Counted from the first letter of the stretch, positions 1 to 10,019 are shown. The stretch: DNA of 64,000 bases from Bacteroidales bacterium (GCA_028706295.1 JAQWBQ010000005.1:11395-75394); one strand, 5' to 3'. The notes: generated by a model not told the origin, from the sequence alone. Numbers and translations are program-made.

Positions 1-158
1 GGGGATCAATGATCAAGGAAAATTATGGATACATTATCCTCGATTACGCCTATCTTGCCGTGCTTCCGGGTATCGTCATCATGATGGTTGTGCTGGCTTT
101 CATGCTCATGGGTAATGCCCTCCGTGATGCACTCGATGTGAAAGTTTCGCTGAACTGA
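1..158 (+). CDS. C-terminal fragment of an ABC transporter permease (OppC/DppC-like)
   Basis: Open frame from the window edge to TGA at 156-158. It translates to ...LAVLPGIVIMMVVLAFMLMGNALRDALDVKVSLN*, a typical peptide/nickel ABC permease C-terminus. Confidence 0.6.
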   Translation, partial: GSMIKENYGYIILDYAYLAVLPGIVIMMVVLAFMLMGNALRDALDVKVSLN

Positions 159-211
159 TAAACCGGTTGCCCAGGCAATAAGATTCTGATTTACCTTAAT
201 TTTCTATTTTG

Positions 212-219
212 TACCTTTG
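212..219 (+). promoter_or_regulatory. Bacteroidota-type -7 promoter box (TACCTTTG) upstream of tpx
   Basis: Exact match to TAnnTTTG, 21 nt before the ATG at 240. Confidence 0.4.
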
Positions 220-239
220 TACCCATAAAATATAACAAT

Positions 240-740
240 ATGGCAACAATAGCATTAAATGGCAACCCGATCCACACCATCGGCACACTGCCCGCCCCGG
301 GTACCCACGCACCCGATTTTCTTCTGACCCGGACGGATCTTTCCGATGTACGGCTGGCCGATTTCGCCGGGAAGAAAATTGTTCTGAATATTTTTCCCAG
401 CCTCGACACTGCCGTCTGCGCTGCTTCCGTCAGGAAATTCAATATCGAAGCCGGAAAACTAAACCAGACCATCGTTCTGTGTATCTCCAAAGACCTGCCG
501 TTTGCACACAGTCGCTTCTGTACCGCCGAAGGAATCCAGAACGTGGTTTCAGCATCGGAACTTCGCAATGGAAATTTCAGCCGCGACTACGGAGTGCTGA
601 TAACCGACGGACCACTGGCCGGACTGATGTCGCGGGCCGTCGTCGTTGTTGACGAAAAAGGTATGGTGAAATATACCGAACAGGTACCGGATATTGTGCA
701 GGAACCAGACTACGAAGCTGCACTGGCCGCCCTGAAGTAA
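240..740 (+). CDS. tpx: Thiol peroxidase (atypical 2-Cys peroxiredoxin Tpx)
   Basis: 166 aa. Contains the PAPDF...[17 protein letters not shown] motif and a second Cys in [10 protein letters not shown], as in Tpx. Confidence 0.9.
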   Translation: MATIALNGNPIHTIGTLPAPGTHAPDFLLTRTDLSDVRLADFAGKKIVLNIFPSLDTAVCAASVRKFNIEAGKLNQTIVLCISKDLPFAHSRFCTAEGIQNVVSASELRNGNFSRDYGVLITDGPLAGLMSRAVVVVDEKGMVKYTEQVPDIVQEPDYEAALAALK

Positions 741-756
741 CAACGGAAAAAAAATG

Positions 757-764
757 TAACTTTG
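757..764 (+). promoter_or_regulatory. -7 promoter box (TAACTTTG) upstream of tRNA-Leu
   Basis: Matches TAnnTTTG, 24 nt before the tRNA 5' end. Confidence 0.4.
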
Positions 765-787
765 CAAACCCTTTCGGGAAACCTGCA

Positions 788-869
788 GCGGATGTGGCGT
801 AATTGGTAGCCGCGCAAGACTTAGGATCTTGTGCCTCAGGGCGTGGGGGTTCGAGTCCCTTCATCCGCA
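788..869 (+). tRNA. tRNA-Leu (anticodon TAG), class II with a long variable arm
   Basis: Acceptor stem GCGGATG/CATCCGC. Anticodon stem caaga/tcttg with loop cTTAGga. GGTTCGAGTCC T-loop. No encoded CCA. Confidence 0.9.
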
Positions 870-946
870 CCGATAACCAAATTGGCCGTTCACCTGACTT
901 TCAGGCCCGGCAAAAAATAAAATCATTACACCAATCAGAAATATAA

Positions 947-2206
947 ATGAACATAACCAAAGAAAACACCGGCGAATTAACAGCCCTGTTATCGATCGAA
1001 ATTGTGCCGGCCGATTACACCGAGAAAGTTGAGAAACAGATAAGCGATTATAAACGTAAAGCAAACATCCCGGGTTTCCGGCCCGGCCATGTTCCTGTCG
1101 GACTGATTAAAAAAATGTACGGTAAGGCTATCCTTGCCGACGAGGTCAACCACCTGCTCTCCGAAAGCCTTATGAATTATATCCGGGATGAGAAAATCGA
1201 TATTTTGGGAAATCCCCTTCCAAACCTCGAAAAAAACGCAGCCATCGACTTCGAAAACCAGGACACCTTTAAATTCTTCTTCGATCTGGGGCTTTCACCC
1301 GTATTCGACCTTCCTCAAGACCAGGACCTGCCGATCGAATACCTTTCCATCGCGATCGATGACACGATGGTGGATAAATACATCGAAGAAACACGACTCC
1401 GGTTCGGGAAAAAACCCGAAGTAGCTGAAGCTGCTGTTGAAGATCATGGAGAAGGAGCGTCTGCATCTGCCCCTGAACCTTCAGAAAATACTGAAGAAAA
1501 GAAAGAACCCGGAGTAATCCCGGCTACAATGGATCCCGACTTCTTCAATCAGGTTTACCCGGGAATGGGAATTCAAACGGAAGAAGAATTCAGGGCCCAG
1601 GTCAAAAAAGATGCTTCATCCAGTTTTGACAATGAATCCGATAAACTTCTCTTCAATGTCATTACCGAAGCCCTGGTGAATCATACCACCCTGACCCTGC
1701 CGGATGAATTTCTGAAAAGGTGGCTTGCCGAAAACAATGAAGGAAAGTACACCCCCGAACAAATTGAAAAGGAATATCCACTGTTCGCCGAATCGATGAA
1801 ATGGCAACTGATCGAGAACAAGATCATCAAAGATAACGGCATTACGGTTACTGACCCCGAGATCCGCGATTACATCCGTACGGTCATGCTGCGCCAGGTT
1901 CCCGGAGCAGAACCCAGCCCTGAAATGCAACAGCAGTACGAGTCGATCATCGATGTTTTCATGAAAAACAAAGAGCAGGTCCAACGTATCAACGATCAGC
2001 TGTACAACGCCAAAATGCTGAACTTTTTCAAGCAAACCTTTAAGTACACCACACGGGAGGTGACCTACGATGAATTTATTAAAATCGCTTCGCAGCATCA
2101 CAACCGGGAGCACACCCATTCACACAACGATATGCATGATCATGATCACGATCACGACCACGACCACGACCATAGCCATGAATCTGTTGAAGAAAAGGAA
2201 AAATAA
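947..2206 (+). CDS. tig: Trigger factor with a C-terminal His/Asp-rich tail
   Basis: 419 aa. N-terminal ribosome-binding motif GFRPGHVP. Lies upstream of clpP-clpX. Tail is HHNREHTHSHNDMHDHDHDHDHDHDHSHE. Confidence 0.9.
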   Translation: MNITKENTGELTALLSIEIVPADYTEKVEKQISDYKRKANIPGFRPGHVPVGLIKKMYGKAILADEVNHLLSESLMNYIRDEKIDILGNPLPNLEKNAAIDFENQDTFKFFFDLGLSPVFDLPQDQDLPIEYLSIAIDDTMVDKYIEETRLRFGKKPEVAEAAVEDHGEGASASAPEPSENTEEKKEPGVIPATMDPDFFNQVYPGMGIQTEEEFRAQVKKDASSSFDNESDKLLFNVITEALVNHTTLTLPDEFLKRWLAENNEGKYTPEQIEKEYPLFAESMKWQLIENKIIKDNGITVTDPEIRDYIRTVMLRQVPGAEPSPEMQQQYESIIDVFMKNKEQVQRINDQLYNAKMLNFFKQTFKYTTREVTYDEFIKIASQHHNREHTHSHNDMHDHDHDHDHDHDHSHESVEEKEK

Positions 2207-2234
2207 GGTTAAAAATATCTAACACGCTACCAAC

Positions 2235-2909
2235 ATGGACGAATTTTCGAAATATGCTACCCGTCACCTGGGGCTGAACAGATCGGTCCTCGAAAAATAC
2301 AAGGCCGTTTCTTCCAACTACATCTCCCCTACTATCATTGAGGAACGACAGCTCAACATCGCGACCATGGATGTATTCTCGCGGTTGATGATGGACCGGA
2401 TCATTTTCCTGGGAGTTCCCATCGATGATTATGTTGCGAATATCATTCAGGCACAGCTCCTTTTCCTCGAATCGGTGGATTCGAGAAAGGATATTCAGAT
2501 CTATCTGAACAGCCCGGGAGGGTCGGTCTATGCCGGACTCGGCATTTACGACACCATGCAGTATATCAACCCGGATGTGGCCACCATCTGCACCGGAATG
2601 GCCGCCTCAATGGGCGCTATCCTGCTCTGTGCCGGAGAAAAAGGGAAACGCACAGCCCTCCGACACTCACGAATACTGATTCATCAGCCCATGGGCAGCG
2701 CCGAAGGACAAGCCTCCGACATTGACATTACCGCCCGTGAAATTCAGAAATTGAAAAAAGAACTATACGAAATCATCTCCCTCCATTCGGGTCAACCCTA
2801 TAAAAAAATTCTCAAAGATGCCGATCGCGATTATTGGATGACCAGTTCCGAAGCGCTTGAATACGGGATGATCGACGAGATTCTGACCCGTTCAAAGAAG
2901 GATAACTAA
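2235..2909 (+). CDS. clpP: ATP-dependent Clp protease proteolytic subunit
   Basis: 224 aa. Contains GMAASMGA (active-site Ser), IHQP and the LNSPGGSV motif. tig-clpP-clpX synteny. Confidence 0.95.
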   Translation: MDEFSKYATRHLGLNRSVLEKYKAVSSNYISPTIIEERQLNIATMDVFSRLMMDRIIFLGVPIDDYVANIIQAQLLFLESVDSRKDIQIYLNSPGGSVYAGLGIYDTMQYINPDVATICTGMAASMGAILLCAGEKGKRTALRHSRILIHQPMGSAEGQASDIDITAREIQKLKKELYEIISLHSGQPYKKILKDADRDYWMTSSEALEYGMIDEILTRSKKDN

Positions 2910-2918
2910 TTCCTGATT

Positions 2919-4154
2919 ATGGCTAAGCAAGTCGAAAGGTGTTCATTCTGTGGCAGGGAAAAGCGTGAGACCCGCGTTCTCATTGCCGGACTCGATGGTC
3001 ATATTTGTGAAAGCTGCGTCCAGCAAGCACAGATGATCCTGCAGGAAGAACTGCTTACAGAGAAGCAAAAAGAGGTACCCGATTTTAACCTCCTTAAACC
3101 GGCCGATATCAAACGACATCTCGACCAGTTCATCATCGGACAGGATGAAGCGAAAAAAATCGTTTCCGTTGCCGTTTACAACCATTACAAGCGACTTTAC
3201 CGTGCCAAGGATCGCCGTGACGATGAGGTTGAAATCGAAAAATCAAACATCGTTATTGTTGGAGAGACCGGAACGGGAAAGACCTTGCTGGCGCGGACCA
3301 TCGCCCGGATCCTGAATGTTCCGTTCTGCATAGCAGATGCCACAGCCCTTACCGAAGCAGGATACGTGGGCGAAGATGTGGAAAGCATTCTTGCCCGGTT
3401 GCTCCAGGTGGCCGATTATAACATTCAGTCCGCCGAACGGGGAATCGTGTTTATCGACGAGATTGATAAGATCGCGCGAAAAGGCGATAACCCTTCGATC
3501 ACACGCGATGTAAGCGGCGAAGGAGTACAACAGGCGCTTCTGAAAATGCTCGAAGGATCCATCGTGAATGTCCCGCCTCAGGGCGGTCGGAAACATCCCG
3601 AACAACGGATGATCCAGATCAATACGCAAAATATCCTTTTCATCACCGGCGGAGCATTCGACGGGATCGAAAAGAAAATATCCAACCGTCTTCAGACCAA
3701 TAAAATAGGCTATAAAACCGACAAAAAACGTCAGAATATCGACAAGGACAACATCCTTCAGTACATTACCCCGGTCGACCTGAAAGCCTATGGACTGATC
3801 CCCGAACTGGTCGGAAGGCTTCCGATCGTGACTCATATGCATACGCTTGATCCCGTCACCCTCCGCCGTATCCTCACCGAGCCGAAGAATGCACTGATCA
3901 AACAATATGTTAAGCTCTTCGAACTGGATAACATCAAGCTGACTTTTGATGAAGAGGCGCTCGATTTCATTGTGAAAAAATCCATTGAATTTAAACTCGG
4001 AGCCCGAGGATTAAGGTCCATCCTTGAAGGGATCATGACCGACGCGATGTTTGAGTTGCCATCAAAAACCTCCACACGGTCCCTCCGGGTTACCGCCTCT
4101 CTGGTGGAAGAAAAGTTTCAGAAGACCAGCATGGCCAGGCTAAAGGTTGCCTGA
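2919..4154 (+). CDS. clpX: ATP-dependent Clp protease ATP-binding subunit ClpX
   Basis: 411 aa. N-terminal zinc finger CSFCG...CESC, Walker A GETGTGKT, Walker B FIDEIDK. Confidence 0.95.
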   Translation: MAKQVERCSFCGREKRETRVLIAGLDGHICESCVQQAQMILQEELLTEKQKEVPDFNLLKPADIKRHLDQFIIGQDEAKKIVSVAVYNHYKRLYRAKDRRDDEVEIEKSNIVIVGETGTGKTLLARTIARILNVPFCIADATALTEAGYVGEDVESILARLLQVADYNIQSAERGIVFIDEIDKIARKGDNPSITRDVSGEGVQQALLKMLEGSIVNVPPQGGRKHPEQRMIQINTQNILFITGGAFDGIEKKISNRLQTNKIGYKTDKKRQNIDKDNILQYITPVDLKAYGLIPELVGRLPIVTHMHTLDPVTLRRILTEPKNALIKQYVKLFELDNIKLTFDEEALDFIVKKSIEFKLGARGLRSILEGIMTDAMFELPSKTSTRSLRVTASLVEEKFQKTSMARLKVA

Positions 4155-4206
4155 TACGAAACTGAAAAGGTTTTCGTTATATTGAATAACTGAAAAACCG
4201 GGCAGA

Positions 4207-4791
4207 ATGATGAAAGTCTTCGTTGTCGCCGCAATCTTCATCTGTCAATCGATAATATCATTTTCGCAGGACACTGCACGGGTAATTCCACCGGTGAAAA
4301 TAGTCGGTGGCGACACGCTGACGGTGGTCGATGTTCAACCCATCGTCATCTTCCCGCCAACCGTCATCCGCACCAAAAAAGAATCGATTCGTTATGACCG
4401 TCTGGTCTATAATGTAAAAAAGGTTTACCCCTACGCAAAACTCGCGGGGGCAAAACTCCGGGAATATGAAAAGGTGTTGGATACCATCCCCACGGAGAAA
4501 GGGAAACGGCTTTTTCTGAAAAAAGCACAGCATTCGCTGGAAGAACAATTCGGTAAGGAAATCAAGGACCTGACTTTTTCGCAGGGTAAAATTTTGATAA
4601 AACTGGTGTACCGCGAAACCGGGAATTCGACCTTTGACCTGATCAAAGAACTCAGGGGTGGATTTACTGCTTTTATTTTTCAGACATTGGCCACCATCTT
4701 CGGGTACAACCTGAAAACCGGCTACGATCCCGCAGGTACCGACCAGGCCATCGAACAGATTGTCCTGATGATCGAAGCAGGTGCAATATAG
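4207..4791 (+). CDS. Secreted hypothetical protein (possibly DUF4294 family)
   Basis: 194 aa with an N-terminal signal-like segment. Size and location after clpX resemble Bacteroidota DUF4294 proteins. Family assignment is from memory only. Confidence 0.45.
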   Translation: MMKVFVVAAIFICQSIISFSQDTARVIPPVKIVGGDTLTVVDVQPIVIFPPTVIRTKKESIRYDRLVYNVKKVYPYAKLAGAKLREYEKVLDTIPTEKGKRLFLKKAQHSLEEQFGKEIKDLTFSQGKILIKLVYRETGNSTFDLIKELRGGFTAFIFQTLATIFGYNLKTGYDPAGTDQAIEQIVLMIEAGAI

Positions 4792-4844
4792 TTTTATATT
4801 AATGTGAATAACCTTAATTTAGCCGGAAATTTGCAATCCTCTTG

Positions 4845-6815
4845 ATGAAACTCTCCATCGTCATCGTCAACTACAACGTAAAGTACTTTCTCGAACAATG
4901 CCTTCACTCTGTACAAAAGGCATGCTCCGGACTTGAGGTGGAAATTTTCGTCGTTGACAATAATTCGGTGGATGGTTCCGTAAAAATGGTAAGGGAAAAA
5001 TTTCCGGAAGTAAATCTGATCGAAAACAAAGAGAATAAAGGTTTTTCAACTGCGAACAATCAGGCTATAAAGATTTCAAAGGGAGCGTATGTACTCCTGC
5101 TTAACCCCGATACCATTGTGGAAGATGACACCTTGCGGAAGGTGATCGATTTTATGGATTCGCATCCGGATGCAGGAGGCCTCGGCGTGAAAATGCTCGA
5201 CGGAAAAGGAAAATTCCTTCCCGAAAGCAAAAGAGGACTGCCTACGCCACTGGTCGCATTTTTCAAGGTTTTCGGCTTATCGGCCCTGTTCCCACGGTCC
5301 AAACTGTTCAATACCTACCACCTGGGATACCTTGATAAGGAAAAAACCCATCAGGTCGATGTACTGGCCGGAGCCTTCATGCTGATCCGCCGAAGCGTCC
5401 TCGACATCACCGGACTGCTCGATGAAACATTCTTCATGTACGGTGAAGACATTGACCTGAGCTACAGGATCACCCGGGCAGGATATAAGAACTACTATTT
5501 CCCCGGCACCCGGATCATACACTACAAAGGCGAAAGCACCAAGAAAAGCAGCCTGAATTACGTGTTCATGTTCTACAATGCGATGATCATCTTCGCTAAA
5601 AAACATTTCTCAAGCGAAAATGCACGCTCGTTCTCCCTGATGATCAATTTCGCCATCTACTTCCGCGCATTTATCTCGATCCTCACCCGGTTCGCCAGGA
5701 AAATCTCACTTCCTGCGCTCGACGCCGTTTTGATTTATTCCGGCATCATCTTTATAAAGAATTACTGGGAAAGCCATTTCATCTTTCCGGAAGGAGGACA
5801 CTACCCGCAAATGTTTATCCTGGTTGTAATGCCCGTGTACCTTGCCATATGGCTATTGTGTGTATATCTGAGCGGCGGTTATGACAAACCCATCCGTCTC
5901 CGGAGAATATTTCAGGGGATGGCTACGGGAACCGTAATCATCCTGGTCATGTACTCGCTGCTGAATGAGCACTACCGGTTCTCCCGTGCCCTGATCCTGC
6001 TTGGGGCGCTCTGGGGAACCCTGATTATGACCGGGGTCCGGATCCTGCTTCACCACTTGAATGTAAAGGGCTTTACCCTGAATTCCGAAAAAAATAAGAG
6101 ATTTATTATCGTCGGCGAAAAGGAAGAGGGACAAAGAGTTTCCGAATTACTGCAGAAAACCGGCATGAATCCTTCCTTCACCGGATTGGTAAGTTTTCAG
6201 CACCACAGGAACAACTCCAACGGGTTTATCGGCCACCTCGGTCAGATCAAAGAGATCATCACCATCCACAAAATAAATGAAATAATTTTCTGCGCCAAAG
6301 ATGTCCCCGCCCAGGTTATCATTGATAAAATGTCGGAGCTGAAAAACGAACAGGTCGATTATAAGATTGCCCCCCCCGAAAGCCTGTCGATCATCGGCAG
6401 CAACTCGATCAACACCTCGGGCGACCTCTATGTCATCGATATCAAGGCCATCACCAAAATTACAAACCGCCGGAATAAACGGCTGCTTGACTTCCTCACC
6501 TCTGTCGCACTGCTGATTCTCTCCCCGCTGGTGATGTTCTTCGTCAACAACCCGGTCGGACTGATCCGTAACATTTTCAGTGTTCTGTTTGCCCGCAAAT
6601 CCTGGGTCGGATTTATCCATGCCAAGGACTCTGAAAAACATAAACTTCCCGAAATCAAACCCGGCGTTCTTACTCCGCTCGATGCCTTCAACGGAAAAAA
6701 TATGCCAATTGATTCGATCTCACGACTCGATATCATGTATGCACGCGACTACAACCTGTCGACCGACCTTAACATCATCATCCGGGGATTTAAACAACTG
6801 GGCAGAAGTTGTTGA
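4845..6815 (+). CDS. Fusion protein: family-2 glycosyltransferase, multi-TM region and C-terminal bacterial sugar (polyprenyl-phosphate) transferase domain
   Basis: N-terminus LSIVIVNYN...VVDNNSVDGS...FMYGEDIDLSYR is GT2-like. Hydrophobic middle section. C-terminus KRLLDFLTSVALLILSPLVM...RKSWVG...DLNII is WbaP/WcaJ-like. ATG at 4845 is preferred over TTG at 4842. Confidence 0.75.
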   Translation: MKLSIVIVNYNVKYFLEQCLHSVQKACSGLEVEIFVVDNNSVDGSVKMVREKFPEVNLIENKENKGFSTANNQAIKISKGAYVLLLNPDTIVEDDTLRKVIDFMDSHPDAGGLGVKMLDGKGKFLPESKRGLPTPLVAFFKVFGLSALFPRSKLFNTYHLGYLDKEKTHQVDVLAGAFMLIRRSVLDITGLLDETFFMYGEDIDLSYRITRAGYKNYYFPGTRIIHYKGESTKKSSLNYVFMFYNAMIIFAKKHFSSENARSFSLMINFAIYFRAFISILTRFARKISLPALDAVLIYSGIIFIKNYWESHFIFPEGGHYPQMFILVVMPVYLAIWLLCVYLSGGYDKPIRLRRIFQGMATGTVIILVMYSLLNEHYRFSRALILLGALWGTLIMTGVRILLHHLNVKGFTLNSEKNKRFIIVGEKEEGQRVSELLQKTGMNPSFTGLVSFQHHRNNSNGFIGHLGQIKEIITIHKINEIIFCAKDVPAQVIIDKMSELKNEQVDYKIAPPESLSIIGSNSINTSGDLYVIDIKAITKITNRRNKRLLDFLTSVALLILSPLVMFFVNNPVGLIRNIFSVLFARKSWVGFIHAKDSEKHKLPEIKPGVLTPLDAFNGKNMPIDSISRLDIMYARDYNLSTDLNIIIRGFKQLGRSC

Positions 6816-6856
6816 AAGTTTATTATTTTGAATGATTATAAATAATAAAAATCCAT

Positions 6857-6864
6857 TACCTTTG
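6857..6864 (+). promoter_or_regulatory. -7 promoter box (TACCTTTG) upstream of the E2 gene
   Basis: Matches TAnnTTTG, 22 nt before the ATG at 6886. Confidence 0.4.
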
Positions 6865-6885
6865 CAGAAACAATAACCATCGTAT

Positions 6886-8214
6886 ATGGCAACTTTTGAG
6901 GTAGTTATTCCAAAACTCGGAGAAAGCGTTATTGAGGCAACCCTTACCAAATGGTTGAAGGGTTTGGGTGATGTCATCCGGGAGGATGAACCTATTGCCG
7001 AGATCGCAACAGATAAAGTGGATTCTGAGATCATCTCGCCGGTATCGGGAAAAATGATCACCCAGCATTTTAAAGAAGGGGATGTCGTTGCTGTCGGAGC
7101 CGTCATCTCTGTTATCGAGACAACTGCCGGCAAGGAAGAAGGAAAAACCGAACCTGTTGGAGCAGGAAAAGTCGGTGAAAAAGCAACAATGGTTGATGCG
7201 AAACCTGAAATTCCACGGGATTCATCAGAATCGACGCACATTATCGAACAAAATACCATTGTAGAGACGCCTGCCGATCACTCCGGTACCCGGTTTTATT
7301 CACCACTCATCCGCAGTATTGCCCGCCGGGAAAACATCCCCTTTTCTGAATTGGATAATCTGAAAGGAACAGGGAAAGACGATCGGCTTACCAAACATGA
7401 CCTGCTGGATTACCTCTCCCGGAGGGGTACGAAGGAACTTCCAAAGATGGCGACGACAGAGGTCACTCTTTCAGCCTCACCGGCAACTGAACAGATCATT
7501 CCCGGCGATGACCGGATCGTGGAGATGGATCGCATCCGTCAACTCATCGCGAATCACATGGTGAGGTCCATCCAGACCTCGCCTCACGTCACCTCCTTCA
7601 TGGAAGCCGATATGTTGAAAGTGGTCACATGGAGAGAAAAAAACAAAGCGGGATTTCAGAAACGCGAAAACCAAAAGCTGACTTTTACACCCATCTTCAT
7701 TGATGCCATTGCCCGGACAGTCCGTGATTTTCCGATGGTAAACGTATCGGTCGACGGCTCCAAAATAATCGTTCATAAAAATATCAACATCGGGATGGCT
7801 GTAGCCTTGCCCAACAACAACCTGATCGTTCCCGTGGTCAGAAATGCCGGGGATAAAAACCTTTCGGGATTGATTAAAAGCGTCAATGACCTTGCAGAAC
7901 GGGCCCGTATCAACAAACTGGTTCCGGATGAGGTTACCGGCGGAACCATTTCCCTGACCAACCTGGGTTCCTTCGGTACCCTGATGGGCACACCGATCAT
8001 CAACCAGCCACAAACCGCCATTGTAGCCGTCGGCGCCATTAAAAAAAGACCGGTGGTGGTCGAAACAGCCGATGGCGATGTCATTGCCATCAGGCCTGTG
8101 ATGATGGTTTCCCTTACTTATGATCACCGGGTTATTGACGGTTCGCTCGGCGGCCAATTTCTTGCACGGATGGTGCATTACCTTGAAAATTTCGATATCA
8201 ATCAAACTGTTTAA
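6886..8214 (+). CDS. 2-oxoacid dehydrogenase E2 component (dihydrolipoamide acyltransferase)
   Basis: 442 aa. Lipoyl domain IATDKVDSEI, peripheral subunit-binding domain (SPLIRSIARRENI) and catalytic motif LTYDHRVIDG. Confidence 0.85.
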   Translation: MATFEVVIPKLGESVIEATLTKWLKGLGDVIREDEPIAEIATDKVDSEIISPVSGKMITQHFKEGDVVAVGAVISVIETTAGKEEGKTEPVGAGKVGEKATMVDAKPEIPRDSSESTHIIEQNTIVETPADHSGTRFYSPLIRSIARRENIPFSELDNLKGTGKDDRLTKHDLLDYLSRRGTKELPKMATTEVTLSASPATEQIIPGDDRIVEMDRIRQLIANHMVRSIQTSPHVTSFMEADMLKVVTWREKNKAGFQKRENQKLTFTPIFIDAIARTVRDFPMVNVSVDGSKIIVHKNINIGMAVALPNNNLIVPVVRNAGDKNLSGLIKSVNDLAERARINKLVPDEVTGGTISLTNLGSFGTLMGTPIINQPQTAIVAVGAIKKRPVVVETADGDVIAIRPVMMVSLTYDHRVIDGSLGGQFLARMVHYLENFDINQTV

Positions 8215-9044
8215 TGGAACTCAGACTTACCAAACCCATCGCATTTCTTGACCTGGAGACAACAGGGATCAAGGTTGCCACCGATCGTATCGTTGAAATC
8301 TGCCTGCTCCGGCTGAATGCCGACGGAACCACCCGGATCCTGACCCGAAGAATCAATCCGGAAATGCCGATTCCTCCTGAAGTAACGGCAATTCACGGGA
8401 TAACCGACGAGGATGTAAAGGATTGTCCCACATTTAAACAACTGGCCCATGAACTGGTCGGATTCCTGGATCACTGCGACCTTGCCGGTTACAACTCAAA
8501 CCATTTCGATATTCCGCTTCTGGTCGAGGAATTTTTAAGAGCCGGCGTCGATTTCGATATCAAAGGCCGACGTTTTGTCGACGTCCAGAATATCTTTCAT
8601 AAAATGGAACCCAGGAATCTCCACGCCGCTTATAAATTCTATTGCTCGCGGGAGTTGGTGAACGCCCACAGCGCCGAAGCCGACACCCTGGCCACCTATG
8701 AAATTCTGAAGGCCCAACTCGACCGCTATTCCAATGTTGCCATAAAAGACAAAAAAGGCAACCTGGTCACCCCCGTCATCAATGACGTGCAGGCCCTTAG
8801 CGATTTCTCCTATTCTTCAAAGTCGGTTGATCTCGTGGGGCATATTGTCTACAACGAACGCAATATCCCCGTGTTTAACTTTGGTAAACACAAAGGCAAA
8901 GCAGTGTTGCAGGTATTGAAAGATGAACCTTCGTATTACGACTGGATGATGAAGAGTGAATTTCCGCTTTCGACTAAGAAAGTACTGACTGCATTAAAAC
9001 TGAAGGGATTTAATAACGATATGGTAAAACTGGATCTGGATTAA
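8214..9044 (+). CDS. 3'-5' exonuclease (DnaQ/epsilon-like domain protein)
   Basis: 276 aa. ExoI FLDLETTG, ExoII NSNHFDIPLL, ExoIII HSAEADT. Its start overlaps the E2 stop (TAATG). Confidence 0.8.
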   Translation: MELRLTKPIAFLDLETTGIKVATDRIVEICLLRLNADGTTRILTRRINPEMPIPPEVTAIHGITDEDVKDCPTFKQLAHELVGFLDHCDLAGYNSNHFDIPLLVEEFLRAGVDFDIKGRRFVDVQNIFHKMEPRNLHAAYKFYCSRELVNAHSAEADTLATYEILKAQLDRYSNVAIKDKKGNLVTPVINDVQALSDFSYSSKSVDLVGHIVYNERNIPVFNFGKHKGKAVLQVLKDEPSYYDWMMKSEFPLSTKKVLTALKLKGFNNDMVKLDLD

Positions 9045-9092
9045 CCCGAAAGGGACACCGGTTCCGGGAATTAAAGGCATAATAATTACTGT

Positions 9093-9704
9093 ATGAAGAT
9101 CATCTGCATCGGTCGCAATTATGTAGCACACATCAGGGAACTCCACAACGAAATCCCTGAGAATCCCGTTTTTTTTCTGAAACCCGATACGGCGCTCCTT
9201 ATCCGGAACCGGCCGTTTTATTATCCTTCCTTTTCAAAAAATATTCATTACGAGGTGGAACTGGTCCTGAAAATAAAAAAAACGGGAAAAACCATCCAAA
9301 AGCAATTCGCGAATACTTACTTTGATGAAATCGGGATTGGTCTTGACCTCACTGCACGCGACCTGCAGGATGCCGCTAAACAGAAAGGGCTGCCCTGGGC
9401 TGTATCAAAAGGATTTGATTTTTCAGCTCCCATCAGCAAATTCCTGCCTTCCACAAATTTTCCCGATCTGAAAAACATTGATTTCAGGCTCGACAAAAAC
9501 GGGATCACCGTTCAAAAAGGGAATTCGGGATTGATGATCCACGGCTTCAGCGAAATCATTCACCATATTTCACAATTTATGACCCTCCGTACCGGTGACC
9601 TGATCTTCACAGGAACACCCGCAGGCGTGGGACCAATCAGTATCGGTGATAACCTGGAAGCTTATATCGGGGAAGAAAAATTACTTTCCTGCCACATCCG
9701 GTAG
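9093..9704 (+). CDS. Fumarylacetoacetate hydrolase (FAH) family protein
   Basis: 203 aa. KIICIGRNY...HYEVELV...GDLIFTGTPAGVGP is typical of FAH-fold hydratases/isomerases. Confidence 0.8.
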   Translation: MKIICIGRNYVAHIRELHNEIPENPVFFLKPDTALLIRNRPFYYPSFSKNIHYEVELVLKIKKTGKTIQKQFANTYFDEIGIGLDLTARDLQDAAKQKGLPWAVSKGFDFSAPISKFLPSTNFPDLKNIDFRLDKNGITVQKGNSGLMIHGFSEIIHHISQFMTLRTGDLIFTGTPAGVGPISIGDNLEAYIGEEKLLSCHIR

Positions 9705-9709
9705 CCCGG

Positions 9710-10000
9710 TCATTGAATTACAATTTCATCGATGACATTGGCGCCGGCTTCCTTGTTGAGCGCTTTCAGGATCCGGGAACGTGCGTAATGCAACTCATTC
9801 CTGAGGGCTGATGAGTTGACCCTGACATACAGGATCCGGTTCCGGATGTATAGATTCCGGGTGTTTTTCGCTACCATGTTCCCGACTACCTTCTCCCATG
9901 CCTGAACGATCTTCGTCTCATTGAGTTTGTCACGAAGATGGTAAGAATCGATGAACTCCTCGATCACAGCTTTCAATGGTTTTTCCCGGTCCCGACGCAT
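9710..10000 (-). CDS. DUF721-like protein downstream of recF
   Basis: The ORF was trimmed to the internal Met (MRRDREKPLKAV...) to avoid overlap with recF. A small protein after recF is typical of Bacteroidota. Confidence 0.6.
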   Translation of the reverse strand: MRRDREKPLKAVIEEFIDSYHLRDKLNETKIVQAWEKVVGNMVAKNTRNLYIRNRILYVRVNSSALRNELHYARSRILKALNKEAGANVIDEIVIQ

Positions 10001-10019
10001 GGCGCTGAATATGGCAATT

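Noticed and set aside
2135-2173. The (HD)n-encoding hexanucleotide repeat as a slippage-induced frameshift or pseudogene
   Set aside because: The reading frame is intact through the repeat and ends in a plausible acidic C-terminus 10 codons later. It is kept as part of tig.
7477-8205. 242-aa minus-strand ORF, together with other long antisense ORFs such as 3243-3905, 1616-2119, 6147-6641 and 28574-29185
   Set aside because: Each lies fully inside a confidently identified plus-strand gene (E2, clpX, tig, the GT fusion, hydA). These are typical frame-shadow artefacts.
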